A stretch of 64,000 nucleotides of DNA from the NCBI GenBank assembly GCA_028284445.1, contig JANQRS010000011.1:128321-192320 (forward strand), read 5' to 3'. This stretch comes from Calditrichia bacterium. Its GTDB lineage: Bacteria > Calditrichota > Calditrichia > RBG-13-44-9 > J075. Made by a program: the position numbers and the translations under genes. Each line of letters starts with the position of its first letter. The first letter of the stretch is position 1. This document shows positions 9,736 to 19,040 of the stretch, in pieces. The notes beneath the pieces are model-generated. The model worked only from the letters and a program-made list of their open reading frames with translations, did not search any database and was not told the origin of the DNA.

Positions 9736-10794
9736 ATGAACAACGACAAGCAAGAAGTCAAACCTGTCATCCGTTTACTCAGGATCATCATGCCTCTGGT
9801 TGCAATCACCTGCTTGGTGATATTTCCACCGTGGTCCATTGTTTGGACCTGGCTCAGGCCATTGCCGGGCACCGTCCAGCAGCAAGTGGATGCGGCGATT
9901 GAGCATGGGCTGGATGGTGTTATCATTTATGTTGATCGCGCTGGAGAGGAGCCGGCGCTGTACTCTGCCGGCTGGAAAAACAGAGAGAATAAGGTGCCGG
10001 CCGACCCTCATGCGTTTTTCAAAATTGCCAGCATCAGCAAGTTGTATGTCGCTTTGGCGACTGTCAAATTGGTGAAAGAGGAGGAGCTCTCGCTCGATGA
10101 CGCCCTCGCCAAACATTTACCAGAGCTGATTGGAAGAATTGAGAATGCTGAGGACATTACTTTACGACTTATGTTGCAACATCGAAGCGGCATCCCCAAT
10201 TACTCTGACCACCCTGACTTTCCCTGGAATAATCCCCCGAAGGAAAATAGAAAGTCACTTGAGTTGATTTTGGACAAGCCGGCAGACTTTACACCTGGCG
10301 CAGACTACAGCTACTCCAATACCAATTTTCTGCTGATCGGCGAGATCCTCGATAAAACTCTGGGATATAGTCATCATAATTATGTGAAGAGCAAAATCCT
10401 GGAACCATTGGGACTGAGTAATACCTACAGTTTACTGAGCGAAGTGGATCTTGATGATGTCGTCAGCGGATATTATGTCGGCTATGATGGCGATATCAAG
10501 TTTAACGATTTTATTGGACCAGCTGGTTCCATGGTAGCGACTGCAGAGGACGTGGGTATATTTGTGCGGGCATTAAATGACGGTTCCATATTCAATGGTG
10601 ATGAACAAGCGACCTATGCATCTGTGTATCCGTTCGAGCACACAGGCTTGTTGCCCGGCTACTCTAGCATTGCCCGCTACCATAAAGATATTGATGCGGT
10701 TGTTGTTCAGTTTGTGAACACTGCTGGCGGCCACTCCTGGGAGAAGACTGAAATTATCTACAATCGCATCGTCAAAATATTGCGGCGTAGTTGA
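9736..10794 (+). CDS. serine hydrolase (beta-lactamase/PBP-like family)
   Basis: S-x-x-K active-site motif (ASISKLY), YSN-like motif (YSYSNTNF), N-terminal TM/signal region. Confidence 0.75.
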   Translation: MNNDKQEVKPVIRLLRIIMPLVAITCLVIFPPWSIVWTWLRPLPGTVQQQVDAAIEHGLDGVIIYVDRAGEEPALYSAGWKNRENKVPADPHAFFKIASISKLYVALATVKLVKEEELSLDDALAKHLPELIGRIENAEDITLRLMLQHRSGIPNYSDHPDFPWNNPPKENRKSLELILDKPADFTPGADYSYSNTNFLLIGEILDKTLGYSHHNYVKSKILEPLGLSNTYSLLSEVDLDDVVSGYYVGYDGDIKFNDFIGPAGSMVATAEDVGIFVRALNDGSIFNGDEQATYASVYPFEHTGLLPGYSSIARYHKDIDAVVVQFVNTAGGHSWEKTEIIYNRIVKILRRS

Positions 10795-10838
10795 TGACAG
10801 GAAAGAAAAACTCAAAACCAAAGCAGGTGAGGTGAAAA

Positions 10839-11183
10839 ATGAGCAAAAATCCAATTGTTTATTTTGAAATTGGCAGTTCCGATGGCCATAAGGCGAAGAA
10901 ATTTTTCAGCGAATTGTTCGACTGGAATATCACCACGGTGGGATCGGAACAAATGATCGATGCGGGCGAAGGGATTAGCGGACATATCGCCGAATTAGCG
11001 CCTGAATGGGGCAATTATATCACCATCTACGTTCAGGTCGATGATCTCGACAAACACCTCGCGAAAGTAGTAGAGCTGGGTGGCAAAGTTCTTGTCAAGC
11101 CGGTCCAGGTGCCCGGCCAGGGTAGCTTTGCATGGTTTGCGTCACCAGAAGGTAATATTATGGGCTTATGGAAGCCGCAATGA
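10839..11183 (+). CDS. VOC (glyoxalase/bleomycin-resistance/dioxygenase) family protein
   Basis: 114 aa, about 25 aa longer at the N-terminus than the M23 peptidase-like M4... sorry, than a single VOC module by length only. Paired beta-alpha-beta-beta-beta module pattern. RBS GGTGAGGTG. Confidence 0.65.
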   Translation: MSKNPIVYFEIGSSDGHKAKKFFSELFDWNITTVGSEQMIDAGEGISGHIAELAPEWGNYITIYVQVDDLDKHLAKVVELGGKVLVKPVQVPGQGSFAWFASPEGNIMGLWKPQ

Positions 11184-11251
11184 TGACGGTGTTTCAGGGC
11201 AAAAAGTTCGTTGTCTGGTATATTCTGAAAGCATGATAGGAGGAAGTTTGC

Positions 11252-11806
11252 ATGAAAGCACTGGTGTTTTTGTTTGTCTTTAGCCTCTGCATGTATAGTG
11301 GTGAGCCAACCAGCATTAAAACAGGCTTGGGCGTTGGTAATGGCTACGGCTGGGTTGGCGGCGGACTCGAGTTGGAACGCAATCAAATTGCTGCCCATGC
11401 CGGATTCGGATGGGCCTTCCTCGCAGGTGATGATGTGGAGGCCACATTTTTAGGGTGGGATGTAGGTTTGAAATACTTCCTTCGAAATAGGCAGAAAACC
11501 TTCAGGCCTAATATTGCGATCGGACTCGGAAACCTTTATGTATATAAATATGGATTCACAAGCCGCGCAACCGGTGTCGTTATAGCAGAATACGATGGCT
11601 CAATACTGGGTTTCGATGCTTTGCTTGGATTTGATCTGGATTTTGGGCAACCGGGAGGCGTCGTCCCGAACCTGGGTATCGGAGCAGGGATCCCTTTTCA
11701 GGATCTGCCGCAGGAGTTGAAGGACCTGGCGGATGAGTCAAACGTTGAAATAGCTGAGATCAATAGTCTCTTTGTTATTTCTCTTGGTGTGAAATATCAA
11801 TTCTAA
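11252..11806 (+). CDS. outer-membrane beta-barrel protein (hypothetical)
   Basis: Signal peptide, Gly-rich amphipathic strands, terminal Phe (VKYQF) beta-signal. Strong AGGAGG RBS. Confidence 0.45.
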   Translation: MKALVFLFVFSLCMYSGEPTSIKTGLGVGNGYGWVGGGLELERNQIAAHAGFGWAFLAGDDVEATFLGWDVGLKYFLRNRQKTFRPNIAIGLGNLYVYKYGFTSRATGVVIAEYDGSILGFDALLGFDLDFGQPGGVVPNLGIGAGIPFQDLPQELKDLADESNVEIAEINSLFVISLGVKYQF

Positions 11807-11863
11807 GAATGATGTGCGCATGCCGCGACTTGAGACGGATCATACGGAGGTAATAGATCAGTT

Positions 11864-12142
11864 ATGAAATCAGTATATATATTTCAGGGCAACGGCGTGG
11901 AATCGCCCTGTGCAGTATTTTCAAAGCTCGAGACTGCTGAAAACTGGATTAAACATCAAAGTGTTTCCGGCACATTGACAGTTTATCCGCTGGATATCTC
12001 CGTGATCGAATGGGCAGTCGCTATGGGCTATTTTAATCCCAAGAATGATGACCAGAAAACACCGGAGTTTATTGCCGGCTTCACATCGGTGAGCGGCATG
12101 AATTATCACTATGAGGCTGGACAGCGAGTCGGGCACAGCTGA
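11864..12142 (+). CDS. hypothetical protein
   Basis: 92 aa ORF with a start context. No recognisable domain. Confidence 0.3.
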   Translation: MKSVYIFQGNGVESPCAVFSKLETAENWIKHQSVSGTLTVYPLDISVIEWAVAMGYFNPKNDDQKTPEFIAGFTSVSGMNYHYEAGQRVGHS

Positions 12143-12145
12143 GGA

Positions 12146-13237
12146 ATGATGGGACTTAAGTCACTTAAAATAATGACCATCTTTACGACTTTGCTGTTGA
12201 CTGTTTGTCTGCAAGGCTCAGAGTTTTTCGAAACGGATACGATAGAATTTCGATCATCCGGAAAGCGGCTCTCGGGACTGCTGGATGTGCCTAATAACGT
12301 TGAAGCTGTGGGTTTTATCATCTACGTGCATGGTTACGGCAAGACTAATGTTGTCGAAGGAAATTGGTATTACAGCTTTCGTTCGCGTTTTGCAAAATTG
12401 GGTTTCTCGGTTCTGATTTGGGATAAGCCCGGCTGTGGTGCCAGTGAAGGCGAATTCGACATCGATCAGCCTGTTAGTAGCAGTGCCACTGAAGTCGTTG
12501 ATGCTATCGAGACGCTACGCCTGCGCGAAATTCCGGGAAGTGAAAAAGTTGGTCTGTGGGGGATCAGTCGCGCAGGTTGGATAGCGCCGCTGGCTATCAA
12601 CAAAGATCCTACCATCGCTTTTTGGATTTCGGTGAGCGGAACGGACGAGAAAGAGAACTTCAAATACCTGCTTCAGCAAAATTTTCATATCGAAGGCCGT
12701 AGCGCAGAAGAAAGCGAACTATTGGTTTCGGAATGGCAAAACAGTTTCGACGCCTTAAGATCCGGCGCTACGTACGAGACTTACCTGGATGCTGACCAAA
12801 ATCTGCGCGCTGATCCGTTCTATCAATACATTACCAACAATTCACAACCGTATGATAAACCAACATTTATGCAGGAGCAAGAGAGGTATTTGAGCGGCGA
12901 GATACAGGTGGATGAAGAAACAGGATTGATGATATATGTGCCGGAATTTGAGAAGGTGTTAAATGCCGTTAATTGCCCGGTGTTGGCGATCTTCGGCGAG
13001 AAGGATACCAGTGTCGATTGGCGGAAGACGCTCAAGCTATACCAACAAACGATCGGCAGAAATCCAGGGGCAAAGCTAACAATAAAGACTTTTGCAAACT
13101 GCAATCATTCTATGCGAAAATGTGAAACCGGGGGATTTCGGGAAATGATCGAATCGATTAACTATAGTCCCTATTGCGATGGCTATTATGACACAATGAT
13201 TTCATGGCTGAAAACCGAAGTAGGGATTATCCAGTGA
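12146..13237 (+). CDS. secreted alpha/beta hydrolase
   Basis: Signal peptide. Nucleophile elbow GISRAGW (GxSxG). Confidence 0.65.
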   Translation: MMGLKSLKIMTIFTTLLLTVCLQGSEFFETDTIEFRSSGKRLSGLLDVPNNVEAVGFIIYVHGYGKTNVVEGNWYYSFRSRFAKLGFSVLIWDKPGCGASEGEFDIDQPVSSSATEVVDAIETLRLREIPGSEKVGLWGISRAGWIAPLAINKDPTIAFWISVSGTDEKENFKYLLQQNFHIEGRSAEESELLVSEWQNSFDALRSGATYETYLDADQNLRADPFYQYITNNSQPYDKPTFMQEQERYLSGEIQVDEETGLMIYVPEFEKVLNAVNCPVLAIFGEKDTSVDWRKTLKLYQQTIGRNPGAKLTIKTFANCNHSMRKCETGGFREMIESINYSPYCDGYYDTMISWLKTEVGIIQ

Positions 13238-14235
13238 TCTTACGCTTAGTGATTCTCTGTTGTATTATCATCACCTCATTGCTATGTGAAGAGAAAGTGA
13301 AGCCGGATTATAGCCGGGTGGGACTTGAAGGCGCCACCAAAGTTGAATATAACATGCCGAATATCCGCCGCGATCAGCCATTCCTGAGCGACGCGGCCTA
13401 TCGATTTACCCTAACGCCGAACTATACATTCTGGCCATTTCGTGAAAACAAAATCTGGGGCGAGAGCGGTATCTCTGTTGGCTATATTGGTATCTACGAC
13501 TTCTACTTCGGTACAAAAGATTCCGGACCGGTAATCTCACGAAAACAAAACCCGATACTTTATCTGTTTACGGAGCACTCACTTGACAATTATAAGCTAA
13601 AGTTTGTACTTGGACTTGGTCACGAATCCAACGGTCAATTTATATCCAGCCGACGGTCTTACGACTTCTTTGAAAGCGCTTTTGCAGACAGCATACATGG
13701 TTCCGACAGTTCCGGTGACAACCTCAGATATTACCAGTATAATCTCGAAGATTGGGCGAGCATGGGATGGAATTATTACTATACGGAGTGGATTTTCAAG
13801 AAGGCCTCAATTCTTGGAACCAATGCGCGCTTAACATTAAATGTCCATATGCGATGGTTTTTCAAGCACGGCATGCTTGATCCGAGGAATGGAGATCTTG
13901 AAGACAAAATCTTCTATGATCAGGCACTGGACGGGAGAACTTCGATCCGTGATTATGACGGGCTGCGCTATACGCTTGATTGGCGGGGTAATAGCAGGCA
14001 CGTCAACGTTTGGAAAGAGAATTTCCTTGTATATGATCCGTCATTTAGTCTCGGACTGCGCCATGGATATTTAACCGCCGATTTTAATCCGACCCTCTGG
14101 GCAAAAGTATATTTGAAGTTGTTGGGATCTCTGCCTATTTTCTATCAATACAACAATGGCTATGGCAGAGATCTAAGCAACTACCCCTACAAATTTTCCA
14201 GCCACGCAATCGGGGTTGAAATAGGTGCACGATAA
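13204..14235 (+). CDS. pldA: outer-membrane phospholipase A1 (OMPLA family)
   Basis: LGLGHESNGQ matches the catalytic H-x-S-N-G motif of PLA1 (His-Ser, later Asn). Beta-barrel-like composition and signal peptide. An alternative GTG start at 13234 overlaps the upstream stop by 4 nt (GTGA). Confidence 0.6.
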   Translation: MAENRSRDYPVILRLVILCCIIITSLLCEEKVKPDYSRVGLEGATKVEYNMPNIRRDQPFLSDAAYRFTLTPNYTFWPFRENKIWGESGISVGYIGIYDFYFGTKDSGPVISRKQNPILYLFTEHSLDNYKLKFVLGLGHESNGQFISSRRSYDFFESAFADSIHGSDSSGDNLRYYQYNLEDWASMGWNYYYTEWIFKKASILGTNARLTLNVHMRWFFKHGMLDPRNGDLEDKIFYDQALDGRTSIRDYDGLRYTLDWRGNSRHVNVWKENFLVYDPSFSLGLRHGYLTADFNPTLWAKVYLKLLGSLPIFYQYNNGYGRDLSNYPYKFSSHAIGVEIGAR

Positions 14236-14239
14236 TTTG

Positions 14240-15178
14240 ATGAAAACCCGCATATCCAACTATTATTGCTTCGTGCTTTTGTGCCTATGCTTGACCAACG
14301 CATTTGCACAAAATGATTTAACGCCAGTGAAATTGGGCAACAAATACGGTTTTGAAGATTCGCACTCCAATCTGGTTTTGCCCGCCCAATTCGATTATGC
14401 CGGTCCCTTTTCCGAAGGCCTGGCGATGATTGCTGTGCGTCATAAGAACTATGCCCGATACGGGTATATCAGCAAAGATGGCACGATTGTCATCAAACCG
14501 GAATATGCAGATGCCGGTCCCTTTTCCGAAGGCCTGGCCAGAGTGAAAGTTAATAAAGCCTCACACTACCCGAAATACGACCTCTGGGGATATATCAACA
14601 ATGTTGGAGAAATGCGCATTGCCCCGGCGTACAATGACGTAGGAGACTTCCACGAAGGCCTGGCCTATTTCAAAGAAACCCACGCGTTTTTTCCAGGATT
14701 CAAAAAGCAAAGATATGGCTTCATCAACCGCAAGGGAGAGGAAGTTGTTCCGCCAAAGTTTGATCATGCCGGGAATTTTTCTGAAGGTCTGGCGCCGGTT
14801 CGCTTGGGCAAGAAACGCGGCTATATTGACAGAACGGGCGAGCTGGTGATCGAGCCACAGTTTGAATTTGCCAATTGTTTTGTAGATAGCCTTGCGCTGG
14901 TCATGCAGAAGGGCAAATATGGTTTTATCGATCACGATGGACTCTTTCGAATTGATGCGCAATACAGCGGCGCCAGGGATTTCGCAGAGGGATTGGCGCT
15001 GGTTGAAGTCAACGACGAGTGGGGCTATATTAATAGAGCAGGCGAAATAGCCATTAAGCCGCAGTATGAGAAAGCTTATGCTTTTAGCGGCGGCCGAGCG
15101 CAAGTCAGCTTGAACGGCGACCTGTATTTTATCGACAAACAGGGTCGGCGGATCGACAAACCCGCTGAGAGAAAATGA
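14240..15178 (+). CDS. WG-repeat-containing secreted protein
   Basis: Seven to eight tandem units of about 38 aa: (K/W)YG(F/Y)I(D/N)..G..VI.P.(F/Y)D.A..FSEGLA.V. Signal peptide from ATG 14240. Confidence 0.7.
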   Translation: MKTRISNYYCFVLLCLCLTNAFAQNDLTPVKLGNKYGFEDSHSNLVLPAQFDYAGPFSEGLAMIAVRHKNYARYGYISKDGTIVIKPEYADAGPFSEGLARVKVNKASHYPKYDLWGYINNVGEMRIAPAYNDVGDFHEGLAYFKETHAFFPGFKKQRYGFINRKGEEVVPPKFDHAGNFSEGLAPVRLGKKRGYIDRTGELVIEPQFEFANCFVDSLALVMQKGKYGFIDHDGLFRIDAQYSGARDFAEGLALVEVNDEWGYINRAGEIAIKPQYEKAYAFSGGRAQVSLNGDLYFIDKQGRRIDKPAERK

Positions 15179-15552
15179 ATCTTCCCAATCAAGAAGCTTA
15201 CTACGAAGAAGTGTGGCGCGTGGTTCGCACAGTGCCTTCAGGCAAAGTCGTGACCTACGGTCAGGTGGCAAAGATGATTCCTTCGCCAGACAATGTTTCT
15301 GTTGAGGAATACAAGGTCTATGGGGCCCGTTGGGTCGGCAATGCCATGCGAGATTGTCCAGCTGACGTGCCTTGGCAGCGGGTCATCAATTCACAAGGCA
15401 AAATAAGCAATCGGCCGGGATCAGGGAGACAGCGACATCTCTTGGAAGCAGAGGGGATCTTGTTTTACAAGGATAAAATTGATTTGAAGCGCTATCAGTG
15501 GCAGCAGCATGGCCAGGGCGATGACGGTTCAAAACAAATGGAGTTGTTTTAG
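15175..15552 (+). CDS. alkyltransferase-like (ATL) protein, MGMT-family DNA-binding domain lacking the acceptor Cys
   Basis: Has the MGMT C-terminal domain (TYGQVA helix). The PCHRV active site is replaced by PWQRV, which is the hallmark of ATL proteins. Start overlaps the upstream stop (ATGA). Confidence 0.75.
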   Translation: MNLPNQEAYYEEVWRVVRTVPSGKVVTYGQVAKMIPSPDNVSVEEYKVYGARWVGNAMRDCPADVPWQRVINSQGKISNRPGSGRQRHLLEAEGILFYKDKIDLKRYQWQQHGQGDDGSKQMELF

Positions 15553-16728
15553 ATGATGACGGTGTTGTCAATCCACCATTGGCAAAACAGAGACCTCGCC
15601 TTCAAGGAAATCAATCAAGGAATGACTTATTTGAAACAAATATATGGTTTTCGCTACAGTCATCTCATAATCCTTCTCGTTCTTTTGGCTGTCTCAGCAT
15701 CTGGCCAGGCACCGCGGCATCTTTTCACGCATGCTGAGCCTGAAGCCAGGGGCTTTTCATCGCAAAAGCTAGATTCCCTGGCGGTATTTCTGGAAGGCGC
15801 CGGCTCTTCCGCTATGCTGTTAATGGTGGAGGGTGACATCATCTTTGAGTGGGGCTTTACTGAAACCAAATACATTGTCCATTCAATACGGAAAGCCCTG
15901 CTTAATTCCTTGATCGGCCTGGAAGTCGCAAAAGGTGCGATTGATACCAGCTGGACTATTGGACACCTCAAACTGGATGATGTCAATTCGCCGCTGTCTG
16001 AACGGGAAAAAAGTGCTCGTGTGGCGGATTTACTTAGATCCCGCTCAGGAGTGTATCACCCTGCAGCGGCTGTGTCACAGGGGATGCTCCGTGGGATGCC
16101 GGAGCGAGATAGTTATCTTCCCGGAAAGCATTATTACTACAACAATTGGGACTTTAATGTGCTTGGAGCAATCCTGGAGGAAAAGACCGGCCGGAAAATT
16201 TTCGACTTGTTTAAAGAACAAATTGCTGTTCCGCTTGGCATGCATCACTATACAGGCACCTACACGTCGATCGACGGAGGAGACGAGGATGTCATTACGC
16301 CATCTACTGATGGTGTCTATCAATATGAATTGAGCAAGTCTAAGTATCCGGCCTATCACTTCAGGATGTCCGCGCGAGATTTGGCCCTATATGGCCAGCT
16401 TTACTTGCAGAGGGGTAATTGGAACGGGGAACAGATCATTCCAAAGAAATGGATTGATGTCAGCACTCAACCTTATTCAATCTACAACGAGCGCTATGGA
16501 TTGTCTTATGGAATGCTCTGGTATGTTTTGGTCCCGGATGATAAGCATCAAACACCTTCATTTTATCATACCGGAGCGGGCATCCATATGCTTGGTGTTT
16601 ATCCATCGTCAAAGCTGGTCCTTGTTCACCGGGTGGATACAGAAGGTAAACACATGTTCAAAGAAGAGAGCCTCTACAAAATGATTCGACTGGTCTGGGG
16701 GGCACGCATTAAGGATGGGGTTGAGTAA
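15553..16728 (+). CDS. serine hydrolase (beta-lactamase family)
   Basis: SxxK motif (HSIRK), YNNW-like motif (YYYNNWDFN). A signal-peptide-like segment begins at the alternative ATG 15622. The 15553 start abuts the ATL stop with zero gap. Confidence 0.7.
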   Translation: MMTVLSIHHWQNRDLAFKEINQGMTYLKQIYGFRYSHLIILLVLLAVSASGQAPRHLFTHAEPEARGFSSQKLDSLAVFLEGAGSSAMLLMVEGDIIFEWGFTETKYIVHSIRKALLNSLIGLEVAKGAIDTSWTIGHLKLDDVNSPLSEREKSARVADLLRSRSGVYHPAAAVSQGMLRGMPERDSYLPGKHYYYNNWDFNVLGAILEEKTGRKIFDLFKEQIAVPLGMHHYTGTYTSIDGGDEDVITPSTDGVYQYELSKSKYPAYHFRMSARDLALYGQLYLQRGNWNGEQIIPKKWIDVSTQPYSIYNERYGLSYGMLWYVLVPDDKHQTPSFYHTGAGIHMLGVYPSSKLVLVHRVDTEGKHMFKEESLYKMIRLVWGARIKDGVE

Positions 16729-16731
16729 CAC

Positions 16732-17208
16732 ATGTCCAAAAATCTGTATATGCTCATTGGTCCGAAGGGATCCGGCAAAACATACATTGGTCGTTTGATT
16801 GCAAAGAATTCTTTGGCTGTGTTTGTCGAGGCTGAACGCATTTGGCTCAACTTGCAGGACGGCCAAAGCGGTTGGCAGGCGGTTGAAGAGCAAATTGATC
16901 GAGAATTCAGCGGCAACGACCGCGTTTTTGTGGAAAGTCTGGGTGCCGGTGATGAGTTTCGCGCATTCTACACCTCGCTAAAAGCGAAATATCTCACAAA
17001 GATGATTCGAATTAGCGCAGGCCTTGAAACCTGCCTAAAAAGAGTGCAAGAACGCGGCGCTCGAGATCAATTGCCAATCCCGCTCGGAAAGGTGGCTGAG
17101 TACAATGAAATTGCCGCAGCAGTGGAATTCGATTGGGTACTGGAAATTGATAATGAAGGTCCGGCTGCCGAGGCTGATATATTGGCGGCGATCAAAAAGA
17201 TTATGTAG
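16732..17208 (+). CDS. P-loop NTPase (shikimate/gluconate-kinase-like small kinase)
   Basis: Walker A IGPKGSGKTY. 158 aa. Confidence 0.55.
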   Translation: MSKNLYMLIGPKGSGKTYIGRLIAKNSLAVFVEAERIWLNLQDGQSGWQAVEEQIDREFSGNDRVFVESLGAGDEFRAFYTSLKAKYLTKMIRISAGLETCLKRVQERGARDQLPIPLGKVAEYNEIAAAVEFDWVLEIDNEGPAAEADILAAIKKIM

Positions 17209-17238
17209 TGCCACTGTAACCTGATTTGGAGTCAATGC

Positions 17239-17859
17239 GTGATGAAGCTGGCGGCATCGAGCGTTTCCACAATAGGCATGGAGAGTGCCCTTAAGCAACT
17301 CCGCAGCTCTTTTGAACAATTTGATCCCTTGCCGGATGAAGTCTGGGATGGCATCAAGCAACCCTGGCAGATTGTCCCGGTGCGTCGAGGTGAGCTGCTT
17401 AGCCGCGAAGGGGAGATCGAACGCCGAATCTCAATTATCCTCGAAGGAGTGCATCGCGTTTATTTTACAACTGCTGATGGCGATGAGCATACGGTGATTT
17501 TTGCCTATGCGCCCGGTTTCTCCGGCGTGCCGGATTCCTTCTTTTTACAGAAGCCTTCGTCTTATTCGATTGAAGCACTGTCCGACGGCAGCCTGTTAGC
17601 GACGGATTTTGCCTCTTTCTCTCCCTTGATGCAAAGGCATCGCGAACTGGACCGTTGGGGACGAAAGCTCTTCTTGCAGGCCTTGTCCGGCCGCCTCAAG
17701 CGAGAGCGGGAAATGTTGGCAATGACAGCACAGGAGCGGTATCAACGCCTGCTTAGTGAGAGCCCGCAAATAGTGCAGCTGGCGGCATTGCGGCATATCG
17801 CCTCGTACTTGGGTATGTCACCCGAAACGCTAAGCCGGGTTCGCGCAAATATTTCTTGA
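17239..17859 (+). CDS. Crp/Fnr family transcriptional regulator
   Basis: cNMP-binding beta-roll region followed by the C-terminal HTH (RHIASYLGMSPETLSRVR). Confidence 0.7.
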   Translation: MMKLAASSVSTIGMESALKQLRSSFEQFDPLPDEVWDGIKQPWQIVPVRRGELLSREGEIERRISIILEGVHRVYFTTADGDEHTVIFAYAPGFSGVPDSFFLQKPSSYSIEALSDGSLLATDFASFSPLMQRHRELDRWGRKLFLQALSGRLKREREMLAMTAQERYQRLLSESPQIVQLAALRHIASYLGMSPETLSRVRANIS

Positions 17860-17940
17860 CTTAAATCAAGGCGAAACGCCCTGAATTGATCCTAGGTTTT
17901 GGATGTAGAAACACTCAATCCAATAACACAGGAGATATTC

Positions 17941-18285
17941 ATGGACTTTTTCGTGCGTTTAAATAGCAATAAGCCGCTGTTGTTAATTGTCGCAGCATTT
18001 GGTTTCTTTGGATTAAATAGCGTATTTGTCTATTACGCGCTTACTCAGCCGGAAATGATGACTGCGGCGATGCAGAATCCAATTAGCCTGGTCTTTATTT
18101 TAGAAGCCTTCCTCATGATGGGCTTCGGCGCCTGGCTGATTACCAAACTCGAATTACGCACGCCTGGATGGCTCGTTTTTATAGGTATGACCATGATTGG
18201 CAGCCTGGCTTTTAGCTTACCAGCGTTCCTGTGGCTGCATGCCCGGCAAAAAGATGACATCAAGCAGGCTGCCAGCCGGACTTGA
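17941..18285 (+). CDS. hypothetical membrane protein
   Basis: Three to four TM helices. ATG 17941 follows an AGGAG RBS. Confidence 0.4.
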   Translation: MDFFVRLNSNKPLLLIVAAFGFFGLNSVFVYYALTQPEMMTAAMQNPISLVFILEAFLMMGFGAWLITKLELRTPGWLVFIGMTMIGSLAFSLPAFLWLHARQKDDIKQAASRT

Positions 18286-18321
18286 TCCGGCACTCTAATC
18301 CCGCTTAACATTGGGGTCTCT

Positions 18322-19038
18322 ATGCGCTTCTTCAAGACAATTCTTCTCTTTGTTGTAATCTTAATGACCGGTAATATAATGGCTGAGGAGCCAGCCTCAG
18401 ACTCGGCGCGGGTAGCGGCATTGAAGAAGTTCTATCGGCCGATTGGTTTCTCGATCGGAGTGATTTACAACCGGTTGAGCGGGGTAGGCGCACGCAGCGT
18501 CTACATTGAGGAAACTGACTCTTACGATGCCAGCCGCGCAGACGGCAAGATGATGCTGGGTTTTAGCATAGGACTTCAGGTTTGGAAACAGCGCACCCAA
18601 TTTCAGCTGGAAATGGCCTGGTCGAGGGGCCAATTCCTCGAAGAAGGTGGATTCCGCTCGACAACCAATGGCGGATTTGTGGATACTTTTATTGACATCG
18701 GCTATTTCTGGGGCGGATTCCGCATGAAACAGGCGCTGATTACCCGGCGCTTGCTGGCAACAGGTGGCATAGCTCTGGTCGAGGAAGGACGAACCCGTCA
18801 CGCCAAAACCAAATCGAAAGGCAGGCTCGTTAAATCAAGCAACTTCCCGGCGGATGTCTTCTATCTATGGTCGCTTGGTGCTGATATTCAGCTTTCACCA
18901 GGGTTCTACCTTGGCTATTCATATTCCTGGACCTATAATCAGGACGATTTCGATCCCATTTACGGCCGAATTGACGATCCGCCAATTATCGTTGACGGAT
19001 TCAAGACTCATTCGATTCAATTGACGCTGGTCTATTAG
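18322..19038 (+). CDS. outer-membrane beta-barrel protein (hypothetical)
   Basis: Signal peptide, alternating amphipathic strands, C-terminal Y (TLVY). Confidence 0.4.
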   Translation: MRFFKTILLFVVILMTGNIMAEEPASDSARVAALKKFYRPIGFSIGVIYNRLSGVGARSVYIEETDSYDASRADGKMMLGFSIGLQVWKQRTQFQLEMAWSRGQFLEEGGFRSTTNGGFVDTFIDIGYFWGGFRMKQALITRRLLATGGIALVEEGRTRHAKTKSKGRLVKSSNFPADVFYLWSLGADIQLSPGFYLGYSYSWTYNQDDFDPIYGRIDDPPIIVDGFKTHSIQLTLVY

Positions 19039-19040
19039 AA

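Noticed and set aside
14240-15178. DNA-level periodicity of about 114 bp
   Set aside because: Fully explained by the protein-level WG repeats. Not an independent repeat element.
14561-15271. 236 aa ORF on the minus strand
   Set aside because: It lies entirely antisense to the WG-repeat gene, whose repeat periodicity and signal peptide strongly support the plus-strand reading. Shadow ORF.
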